A DNA stretch of 64,000 nucleotides from Acidobacteriota bacterium (GTDB lineage Bacteria; Acidobacteriota; Thermoanaerobaculia; Gp7-AA8): contig JAFAOU010000104.1 in assembly GCA_019247495.1 (NCBI GenBank), forward strand, positions 14,350-78,349, written 5' to 3'. Every line of letters starts with the position of its first letter. Position 1 is the first letter of the stretch. Shown here one piece after another: positions 30,981 through 39,212 of the stretch. The position numbers and the translations under genes were made by a program. The notes beneath the pieces were generated by a model. That model was not told the DNA's origin, searched no databases, and saw only the letters and a list, made by a program, of their open reading frames with translations.

Positions 30981-31556
30981 ATGCCGACCCTGAAAACCGC
31001 AACCCGCACACTCCTAGCAGTCGCCCTCCTCGCCGGCCTAACCACCGGCGGGGAAGGCCTCTGGATCTACGCGAAAGCGAAACTCGCCCAGCTACTCCTC
31101 GAGATCTCCTGGCGCAGCGCCCTGGCCGGCGAACAACTCCGCCCCTGGCCGTGGGCCGACACGCGCGCCATCGCACGTCTGACCATCGAACGCGACGGCG
31201 CGACGATCATCGTCCTCGCCGGCGCCAGCGGACGAACCATGGCTTTTGGACCCGGCCACCTCGACGGCACCGCCATGCCCGGCGACATCGGCAACTGCGT
31301 GATCACCGCCCACCGCGACACGCACTTCGCCCCGCTCCGCTACGTCGGACCCGGCGACATCCTCACCCTCCAGCGCCCTGATGGCGCCACGATCCGCTAC
31401 CGCGTTCAAGCCACCCGCGTCGTCCCCAAATCCGACACCTCGGTACTCCGCCAGGACGCGCGCACGCGCTTGACCCTGATCACCTGCTACCCCTTCGACG
31501 CCATCCGCCCCGGCACCCCGCTCCGCTGGGTAGTGATCGCCCAAAAGGTGGCGTAG
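30981..31556 (+). CDS. class GN sortase ('marine proteobacterial sortase' type)
   Basis: Active-site motifs HRDTHF and TLITCYPF; N-terminal membrane anchor; follows the target gene as in the described four-gene arrangement. Confidence 0.85.
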   Translation: MPTLKTATRTLLAVALLAGLTTGGEGLWIYAKAKLAQLLLEISWRSALAGEQLRPWPWADTRAIARLTIERDGATIIVLAGASGRTMAFGPGHLDGTAMPGDIGNCVITAHRDTHFAPLRYVGPGDILTLQRPDGATIRYRVQATRVVPKSDTSVLRQDARTRLTLITCYPFDAIRPGTPLRWVVIAQKVA

Positions 31557-31646
31557 CTCCCCACGGAATGCCGCCCGCCCGGATGGCGTTGACCGACCTT
31601 GACCACGAAGAAGCCACAAGCTATCTTCCCCGTCCTCCGCACTTCC

Positions 31647-31722
31647 GGCGCATTCGTCTAGGGGTCCAGGACGCCGCCCTCTCACGGCGGTAACACGGGT
31701 TCGAATCCCGTATGCGCTACCA
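31647..31722 (+). tRNA. tRNA-Glu (anticodon CUC)
   Basis: GGCGCAT-TC-GTCTAGGGGTCCAGGAC-G-CCGCC-CTCTCAC-GGCGG-TAAC-ACGGGTTCGAATCCCGT-ATGCGCT-A-CCA. Cloverleaf folds by hand and closely matches canonical tRNA-Glu with anticodon loop CT-CTC-AC. Confidence 0.85.
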
Positions 31723-31818
31723 AATATCCGCTTCTGCTCCATCAGCCGCGTTGCCTGCGCTGGCCGCGTCCCTCGAGGCAAGAGTGGTTCGGATCCACGT
31801 TCGAATCGATGGACGGCA

Positions 31819-33360
31819 TTAGAACCACGAGACCTCAATTTTACGGACGTGCACTGCGGGCATAGCACGGAGCGCGATTCCCCGCGCCTGTGGCACTACT
31901 TGGATCTCCAAGATGACCTCGTGTCCTCCCGGCAGCGCGTTCGCTCTGCGTAGCCTCTCCAATGCGTTCTCCAGCGGTACGGTGAATGTCTGCGGGTGGC
32001 GGTGGTTTGCCATCCGCCCAAAGAACTGGATCGTGCCTGCGTAGCTGGGATGCGTCGCTTCGATCGTCACCGCGTTTTGCGGCGGATTGACGAGAACGTG
32101 AAAACGGATCGCGCCTGGGTCCGCTGGCTCCTCAATTGTGATGTGTGCTCTGACGTGCTGCGCAATCGGAACCGTAATACGTGAGACGGCAGGGCGGGCG
32201 AAGTTCATCTCCGCAGAGCGAATCGTCCCCGTGACGCGGCGACCTTCAGTCGGCATCGTCGCAGTCATCGCCGAACTCGCCATGTCGAGTGGCGACCCCT
32301 GCGTGTAGATGTAGTTGAACGAGCCGATCTCGGAATACGCCCCAGCCGTGTTCAGCATGACTGCACTGCCGGTCGAGTCGGTGAAGAAGACGAACGGCTC
32401 GTCGTACCAGACATCTCCCTGTGACCATGGCCGGGTTCGCAACCTTCTGATTTGCTGCATTCCGTCCCAGACCGTCCAGAGGCGGTCGATGTTCGCGTGA
32501 TGGACCGCGAACACGGGATCGATTGGTGAGAGGAACGCGCCCATGAACCCACCAACGTCATTATGGATGTTGTCGTGCGGCAGACTTTCCAGAATGCCTT
32601 TGCTAGTTATGTCGCTGTGCTGGGCCGCATAATCGCTACCGAAACCACCGAGTACCTGGGACTGGCCGCCCGCGAAGTATGGCGTATCTAGTGCGCTGTT
32701 GATCGTCTCAAGGCTCACAACGAATGGATTTGGCAGCCCGGGATTCTGCTGCGTAAGGCTGCGCTTGCCGAATAGATCGATCTTCGCTTGCGTCCAGAAC
32801 GCGGTCGCGGTATCGAGACCGCGGTAGGTCAGTTGTTGCTGCTGTGCAGGCGAGAGCCCCGTGTAGAACGCAGTCATCGCTTGCGTGAAGTCTGCTTGTA
32901 ACGCGCCGAACGAAGAATAGAAGGCCGAGTTACCTGGATCGAGCACGCCGTCCCAGAAGGCGTCAGGTACGGACGGCTGCGCTGTCCAGTCCCAATAGGG
33001 AAAGGCAAAGTTCGGATTGCCGCTAAACTGACGGACGGTCTGTTCCCACCATCCGATCTAGCCGCGGTGCCAAGGTAGAAACCACCAGTTCCCATGCGGA
33101 CAATCGAGGGTATGAATGAAGGCGTTTCGGTACCAATTCAGGGCGTTCTCCGGCGGGAGCTTAAGGAGAGCAGTAATCGCAGTTTGATAGTCCTGAAGCA
33201 ATGCCGTGGCAGCCGGATCAGAGACGCTCACACGGGTAAACGGCGTTGCCGCCGTTTGCGCTCGCGCCGGCGTTTGAAGCGTGGCAGCTACCGCCACGCC
33301 CGTTGCGGTGGCGATGAAATCACGACGGGATATGCGAACGAGGTCGGCTTTGTCGATCAT
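31819..33360 (-). pseudogene. Tat-secreted tyrosinase (type-3 copper protein) interrupted by one in-frame TAG
   Basis: N-terminal ORF (33058-33360) has the Tat signal SRRDFIATATGVAVAA and the CuA site H...H...WFLPWHRG, then TAG at 33058-33060. The same frame continues IGWWEQTVRQFSGNPNFAFPYWDW into ORF 31819-32946, which carries CuB motifs HDNIHNDVGG and FAVHHANIDRLW. Confidence 0.75.
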
Positions 33361-33410
33361 TGCCTCTCCATCTCGTAGACTTATTGCCGAGCTGGTGTGT
33401 CAGCGGCGCG

Positions 33411-33818
33411 CTACGTTTGAGACGCCCATGCGACAATCGTGACGTAGAGGTCGTTGAAGTCATTATCCGTCGAATCTTCGATGGCGATGTTATACCCGAA
33501 GGCCACATTGGCCCCGAGAGGATCAGTAAGAGCAAACGCGTTGGTCGCCGATACAAGCACGGGGGCAGCCAGAGCGGTGACGCTGTTCGTAGCGGTAATG
33601 CTGAGCTGGAGGCCAGGATTCGCTACCTGCGCGAACCCTTGATCAAGGATGCCGAAGGCAGTGTCTTGACGGCATGTGTTCGTGTTGTATGTCTTGCCAC
33701 CGCTATCCGACAGCGTTGCGCAGATTAGGTTTGCGGCCTGGGTGCTGAGGGACCACGTCATGTACCACGTAGATGGAATGTTCGGCAAATTGATGACGAG
33801 CGGTTGTGACGTTGGCAT
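33411..33818 (-). CDS. PA-IIL/LecB-like calcium-dependent fucose-binding lectin
   Basis: GGAGGAG RBS before ATG 33818. C-terminal IEDSTDNDFNDLYVTIVAW matches the LecB calcium/sugar-binding segment SEDGTDNDYNDAVVVINW; size ~115-135 aa. Confidence 0.55.
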   Translation of the reverse strand: MPTSQPLVINLPNIPSTWYMTWSLSTQAANLICATLSDSGGKTYNTNTCRQDTAFGILDQGFAQVANPGLQLSITATNSVTALAAPVLVSATNAFALTDPLGANVAFGYNIAIEDSTDNDFNDLYVTIVAWASQT

Positions 33819-34300
33819 TTCTCCTCCACCTGACTGTGCCGGACTGGTTCGGAAGCTGTTTGAATTGCACTGATACAAAGGAGGGTCTTTTGCGAGTAAA
33901 TCCCTACCCAGGCGTAGCCTCGAACTGGAGCGCGACCCCGATCGTCATCATCATTGGGTGCTCGGCGAAGCATAGCCTGACGCCCGGGAAGAGCAGGCCC
34001 ATGATGAGCGAAGGCAAGAGCGCCAAAGCGAAACAGAAGGCCGCACAACCGCCGCAGCGGCCCTACCTTGCTGCTGTGAATCGGCAGGCTTAGAACGAAG
34101 AGCACGACCGCGGCCGCGAACAGAATCCGAATCGCGATAGACTCCTCGGTGACGTTGCAGAATGGCGGTTTGGCCACTCTCAAAGTCACTCTCACACTTA
34201 TCCACGGAGCGGGCGCAAACCCTCATGTTTCCGTGCCACGCGAAAAAACCAGAATCGCGCTAAGGATGTGGAATCAGAGAGATATCGCTATTTCAAGCTG

Positions 34301-34347
34301 GCCCTCTCACGGCGGTAACACGGGTTCGAATCCCGTATGCGCTACCA
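34301..34347 (+). repeat. 47-bp exact direct repeat of the tRNA-Glu 3' end (attR-like)
   Basis: GCCCTCTCACGGCGGTAACACGGGTTCGAATCCCGTATGCGCTACCA is identical to 31676-31722. Upstream sequence cannot form a tRNA 5' half. Confidence 0.8.
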
Positions 34348-34542
34348 ACCTTCTAATGCTTGAGCCGCAAGGCTCGCACCGAGACGGCGATCAGATTGAC
34401 CGATCTCATCGATCGCGAACGCATCCAATCAGCCTGAACGTGTCAAATCTCAGCGTTTCCGTGAGGGCGAAGGCTCCGATTTCCCGTACATCCGTCTGTG
34501 CGGGAGAAGCGTAGGTCTGGCACAAACATAAGGAGGGCTGTC

Positions 34543-34902
34543 ATGCCAGCTACGTCACTCGTACCGATCCCTGCACCACTGCTCTATTCGCTTCTCAAGG
34601 CGATCGATCCCGGGAAGGCGCTCAAAGGTCAATTCAAGGCCGAGAAAGGCGCGAAGATCAGCGCCGGCGCAAAACGTTCCTTTACCGGGGCGCTCGAAGC
34701 CGCGAGTCAGGCGAAGTCGGCGAAGCAGTTTGAGAGTTTGATGGAGACCGGACCCGTAAGTTCCCTCAGCGCCGGGTGTGGTGCCATCACCACGCTGACC
34801 GTATCGTACTCAAAGAAGGGCTACACGACCGTTGTTGTGTCATTCGAGAACTACCAGAACCCAGGTTGCGGCACGATCGTCTCGACGTTTCCCACCACCT
34901 GA
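34543..34902 (+). CDS. small hypothetical protein (119 aa)
   Basis: AAGGAGGG RBS before ATG 34543; Lys/Ala-rich; no domain recognized; immediately upstream of the hybrid kinase. Confidence 0.5.
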   Translation: MPATSLVPIPAPLLYSLLKAIDPGKALKGQFKAEKGAKISAGAKRSFTGALEAASQAKSAKQFESLMETGPVSSLSAGCGAITTLTVSYSKKGYTTVVVSFENYQNPGCGTIVSTFPTT

Positions 34903-34927
34903 GGTCTAAGAATCAATTTGTCCGCAG

Positions 34928-37456
34928 ATGGCGCAGATTGAAGCAGGTGAGAGCCGCGCGGTTCCCCTCTGCGAAGATCTGCGTTCATCTGCGGATCTCG
35001 TCGCGACCCTCGGATTTTCGCAGGCGGAGTCGTATGATCTCGCCGGTCCGTTGAGAGCCGCAGCGAATGGTCTGGAACTTCTAGCCGCCGAGGCGGCACG
35101 TGTGTTCGGTGTGTCTGTGGCGTGGGTGGGACTGCTGCGTCAGGACGGAGAGCAGGTCGTCGCCGCTGTCGGGATGAAGCCGGCGCTCATTCCGCTGGAG
35201 CTCTCGATCGCGGCGCGCATCCAGGACGCGGACGACGTGATCCTCGTTCCGGATGCAACACTCGATTCGCGTTTTCGCGGACACCCGCTGGTCATGAGGC
35301 CGCCGCACTTCGCGTTCATCGCGGCCGTTCCACTTCGCGACGCGGGAGGTCACTTCCTCGGGGCGCTCTCGATGTTGGCTCGCGAGCCCCGTTCGCTCAC
35401 GCCGGAGCTCATCGAGGTTCTGCGATTCATGGGCCGCCAGCTCTCGATCGAGTTGCGTGTGCGCGACGAGCTCGTGGAGGCCTCGGAACGATTCCACGAC
35501 TTCTTCGAGCAGACGGCCGACCTGCTGCTCAGCATCAGCGCCGAGGGGACGATTCTCCACGCGAACGATACCGCCCGGGAAGTCCTCGGTGTGACACGCG
35601 GAAGCCGTCTGGAGGAGTACGCGGATCCGGAGCGGAGCGCGGAGCTGACCGAGGCGCTGGAGAGGGCGTTCGCGCAGGGGGAGCCGGTGCGTGTGGAGAC
35701 AGTGTTCGCCAGCCCGGCGCGCGGAAAGGTAATTCTCGAAGGCTGGCTGCGCCCGAAGATCCTGGCCGGTGCCGCCGCCCTCGCACGCGTGGTGTTTCGC
35801 GACGTCACCGACCGCAAGCAATTCGAAAACGAGCTCACGAACGCGCGCGATGCCGCCATGGAGGCCGCCCGCACGAAGACCACATTTCTGGCCAACGTCA
35901 GCCACGAGATCCGGACGCCGATGAATGGAATCATCGGGATGATCGACCTGCTGCTCGCCTCGCAGCTCGACGCCGAGCAGCAGGATTTCGCGCATCAGGC
36001 GCGCTCCAGCGCCGAACAACTCCTGTCGATCGTCAGCAATATCCTCTACATCTCCAATCTCCAGGCGGGCTCGCTGGGCGCGCATCAGGTCGACTTCGAC
36101 CTGCAGAGCGCGATGCTGCGGATCGTCGAGGTGATGAAGGTCGCCGCGCTGGGTAAGGACGTCACGGTGCGGTTCGACTATGACGCCGCCCTTCCCGCGA
36201 TCCTGCGCGGCAATCAGTCGAAGATCCGGCACGTGGTCGGAAATCTGATGGACAACGCCGTCCGCTTCACGACCACCGGCGAGGTCGTGCTTCGCGTGTC
36301 GCTGGAGACCGAGACCGACACGCATCGGGTGGTGCGTTTCGAAGTGCGCGACACCGGGATCGGGATTGCGAACGAGGCCCGCCTGCTGCTTTTCGAGCGG
36401 TTCTCACAGGTCGAGGCAGGGTCGACGCGCGCCTATTCGGGCGCCGGACTCGGTCTGGCCACGGCGCGGCATCTCGTCGAAACCATGGGCGGCCTGATCG
36501 ATGTCGACAGCACGCCCGGTAAGGGCTCGCTCTTCTGGTTCACCATCCCGCTCCGTAAGGTGGCTGCGGGCTCGCACCCGATCGCCTCCTCGGATTTCGA
36601 TCTGCGCGGGAAACGCGTGCTGCTGCTCGACCGCCAGACGGAGAGCCAGGGAGTCCTCCTGCACTATCTCCGCAATACGTGGGAGATGCGCACGGACGTG
36701 ATCGGGAACGGCGGGGAAGCGATCGCCTCACTGCGCGCCGCGGCCGCTGCCGGCGACCCGTACCGGCTGGTCATCTTCGAGGCGGTTCCCGATCTCGAAC
36801 CGCGCGAGCTGGCGCGCATCGTACGCGCCGATCCGCGAACGGCGAATGCGGGCCTGATTCAAATGATCCCGCCGTCGACGGCGATGATGAGCGTGGTGGA
36901 CGAGGCCAGCCTGCGAGCCAGCGCGATCGACGCCTGGACGTACAAGCCGATCGGCCAGAGCGATCTTTTCGACGCGATCGCCATCGCCATGGCCCGGCAG
37001 GCCATTCCTCTGCCGCACGTGCCCGAAACACCGCCCCGCGAGTCCGCCGCATCGCGCCAGGCGCCGCTACACCCGGTGCGCATCCTCCTGGCGGAAGACA
37101 ACTTCCTCAATATGAAGTTGACGATCAGCCAGCTGAAGAAACTCGGCCACGTTGCCGATACCGTGAGGAACGGCCGCGAAGCAGTCGCCGCGGTGCAGCG
37201 GCAGCCGTACGACGTGGTGCTGATGGACTGCCAGATGCCGGTCATGGATGGCTACGCAGCCACCGCCGAGATCCGCCGCCTCGAGCGCGAAGGACTCCCG
37301 CCACACCGCATCATCGCCATGACCGCAAACGCCCTCGAAGGCGACCGCGAGCGCTGCCTCGCCGCCGGAATGGACGACTATCTCTCGAAGCCGACCCACC
37401 ACGAAGAAATCGAGCAGGCGCTGGAGCGCTGGGCGGGAGCGCAGGTGGGCCTTTAG
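34928..37456 (+). CDS. hybrid sensor histidine kinase (GAF-PAS-HisKA-HATPase plus two receiver domains)
   Basis: H-box VSHEIRTPMNGIIGM, HATPase G-boxes (GIGIANE...GAGLGLA), and two REC domains (RVLLLD... and ILLAEDN...VLMDCQMPVMDGY). Confidence 0.9.
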   Translation: MAQIEAGESRAVPLCEDLRSSADLVATLGFSQAESYDLAGPLRAAANGLELLAAEAARVFGVSVAWVGLLRQDGEQVVAAVGMKPALIPLELSIAARIQDADDVILVPDATLDSRFRGHPLVMRPPHFAFIAAVPLRDAGGHFLGALSMLAREPRSLTPELIEVLRFMGRQLSIELRVRDELVEASERFHDFFEQTADLLLSISAEGTILHANDTAREVLGVTRGSRLEEYADPERSAELTEALERAFAQGEPVRVETVFASPARGKVILEGWLRPKILAGAAALARVVFRDVTDRKQFENELTNARDAAMEAARTKTTFLANVSHEIRTPMNGIIGMIDLLLASQLDAEQQDFAHQARSSAEQLLSIVSNILYISNLQAGSLGAHQVDFDLQSAMLRIVEVMKVAALGKDVTVRFDYDAALPAILRGNQSKIRHVVGNLMDNAVRFTTTGEVVLRVSLETETDTHRVVRFEVRDTGIGIANEARLLLFERFSQVEAGSTRAYSGAGLGLATARHLVETMGGLIDVDSTPGKGSLFWFTIPLRKVAAGSHPIASSDFDLRGKRVLLLDRQTESQGVLLHYLRNTWEMRTDVIGNGGEAIASLRAAAAAGDPYRLVIFEAVPDLEPRELARIVRADPRTANAGLIQMIPPSTAMMSVVDEASLRASAIDAWTYKPIGQSDLFDAIAIAMARQAIPLPHVPETPPRESAASRQAPLHPVRILLAEDNFLNMKLTISQLKKLGHVADTVRNGREAVAAVQRQPYDVVLMDCQMPVMDGYAATAEIRRLEREGLPPHRIIAMTANALEGDRERCLAAGMDDYLSKPTHHEEIEQALERWAGAQVGL

Positions 37457-37682
37457 GATTCGGCGGTCCTGCTGGCGTTCGCGCAAACCGGGGAAGGGTA
37501 GGGACACCCATTAGTGGGCGTTGCCGCCCGCGCCGCAGCCTCGTCGTCGATTCCATCGAATGGGCTGGATTGAATCATCAAGTTAGGTAGACGCTGTCAC
37601 CGCTGCGAGTAAACCCAACGGCGGCAGTGTGCGCGGAGCCTTGCATCGGAAGCCGACACAAGGCTCCGGCAACGTTGGGAAC

Positions 37683-37892
37683 TCACTTCGTGGAGTTCCG
37701 CACGTCGCTCCTGCCTTGGTCGATACCGTCGTAGTAATCTTGGCTTCGGCCGGAGTCATACGACGACCGACCGCCGTAGTTCGGATCGTTGGCGGCACGG
37801 TTTGGATCGCGATCATTCGACTCACGTTGATGACCGATCTCGACACCGTGTCCATAGTCTGTCTTGCCGATCGATGCGCACCTATCACACAT
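37683..37892 (-). CDS. small hydrophilic Gly/Asp/Arg-rich protein (69 aa), hypothetical
   Basis: AGAGGTGAAC RBS before ATG 37892 (MCDRCASIGKTDYGHGVEIGH...). Coding-like composition, no known domain. Confidence 0.35.
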   Translation of the reverse strand: MCDRCASIGKTDYGHGVEIGHQRESNDRDPNRAANDPNYGGRSSYDSGRSQDYYDGIDQGRSDVRNSTK

Positions 37893-38248
37893 GTTCACCT
37901 CTCATGGCCTCATAGTGTTGGCTGATTGGTTGACCCACGACGCGCCGAAGGCGAATCATTCCGACTCGCCAAGAATAAGATACGTGTGCAGCGTGGCATC
38001 GATTTGAGACTCCGTCGGCAAGCAACAACGAGCCGAGGTTCGTCCTTCCACAGCTATTCGCGTGGAGTGTGGCCGACGCGCTGTCTACTGCTCACTGCGT
38101 TTTGAACGGATCCAAGGTGTCAACCTCGAAGGCAGCGAAGTCGCGAACGTTGCGCGTCACAACCACCAGATGGTGCACGATCGCCGTGGCGGCGATCAGC
38201 GCATCCTCGCATCCTCGCATAGATGGTCGGGCTGCCGGGGTCTTGCCC

Positions 38249-39202
38249 CTATTTGAAGGTGACGCCTAGCGCGGCAAAGACGTCGGCAATCGGATTGGCG
38301 TATGTGGTCGTCTTTTCATTCCCGCTGAAGAGTAGGCCGACGAGAGCCCCATCGTCGTTGAAGACGACCGAGCCACTGTCTCCCTTCATACTGAAAGGAT
38401 GAGCTGCAGGCGAAGTGATTTCGATCTGATCGACAAAGTCGTAGTCGGCTCCACCGATGTTGACCGTCACGGGAATCAATCCCGAGGCACTGATTGTGCC
38501 GCTCGTCAGGTCGGTGCTTCTGCCGAGTTTGTGGACCGTTCCTATCGGTAACCCAGCGGCAGCGTCCGCCAGCGGCTTCGGAAAGCCGAGGATCGTTCGC
38601 GTGTCGCAGTTAATCCCCTCCGCCATCTCGGCTATTGCGGCATCCACGCGGTTCGCCTTTGCGATATCCAGCTTCACGAACTCGACAAAGGTGGCGGCCA
38701 CCAGATCGGACAGTGGATGATCAGTGGACGATGGTTGAAGAATCGCGTCGCCCGGCTGTGCGATATTGCTGTTGCCGAAGACGTGATTGTTCGATAGCAG
38801 GTAGGTCTTGCCGTTCTTCTGGACGCAACAACCCAGAGTTCCAATATTGACATCGGTGTGGGCACAGGAACACCCGATGATGAGAGGTCGATTGACGTCC
38901 TTCACCGCCAGCGCTTGGATGATGCCGGTGACGCGAACATCGACGTTACTGGCGCCGTGCCGCTCGATAATCGCGGCGATCATCGGATTGTCCTCTGAGG
39001 ATAGTTCCTGGATACGGACGGCGATTCCAAACGATCCATCCGAGCGGTGATGGATTCCGATAGAGGGACGACGTCGCCTTTTTCTCGCGCCAACCGAGCC
39101 CTCGATCTCGGCTACTCCAAGATCATGCGCTTCGACTACACGATCTGGGTAGTGTTCCGCCAGCAACCGATTGCGATGCCCTCGTGCCTCCTCGTAATGC
39201 AT
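38249..39202 (-). CDS. trypsin-like (S1/chymotrypsin-fold) serine peptidase, apparently cytoplasmic
   Basis: GDSGS catalytic-Ser motif (SMKGDSGSVVFNDDGALVGLLFSG) and LLSNNHVF His region; no signal peptide. 10-nt gap from the upstream 621-aa gene points to an operon. Confidence 0.7.
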   Translation of the reverse strand: MHYEEARGHRNRLLAEHYPDRVVEAHDLGVAEIEGSVGARKRRRRPSIGIHHRSDGSFGIAVRIQELSSEDNPMIAAIIERHGASNVDVRVTGIIQALAVKDVNRPLIIGCSCAHTDVNIGTLGCCVQKNGKTYLLSNNHVFGNSNIAQPGDAILQPSSTDHPLSDLVAATFVEFVKLDIAKANRVDAAIAEMAEGINCDTRTILGFPKPLADAAAGLPIGTVHKLGRSTDLTSGTISASGLIPVTVNIGGADYDFVDQIEITSPAAHPFSMKGDSGSVVFNDDGALVGLLFSGNEKTTTYANPIADVFAALGVTFK

Positions 39203-39212
39203 GAGTGAGTCC

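Noticed and set aside
31092-31868. 258-aa minus-strand ORF spanning the sortase gene and the tRNA
   Set aside because: Overlaps a motif-supported sortase on the opposite strand and a tRNA gene; Arg/Gly-rich artefact.
33758-34195. 145-aa minus-strand ORF between the lectin gene and the att-like repeat
   Set aside because: No RBS, partially overlaps the lectin gene start region, and has an odd composition. Probably non-coding islet DNA.
35081-36325. 414-aa minus-strand ORF and several + frame ORFs overlapping the hybrid histidine kinase
   Set aside because: The kinase frame carries all H/N/G-box motifs; the others are GC-frame shadows.
37583-37888. 101-aa minus-strand ORF overlapping the small Gly/Asp-rich ORF
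   Set aside because: Alternative frame of the same region without RBS. The 37683-37892 frame has an AGAGG RBS and more protein-like composition, though it too is low confidence.
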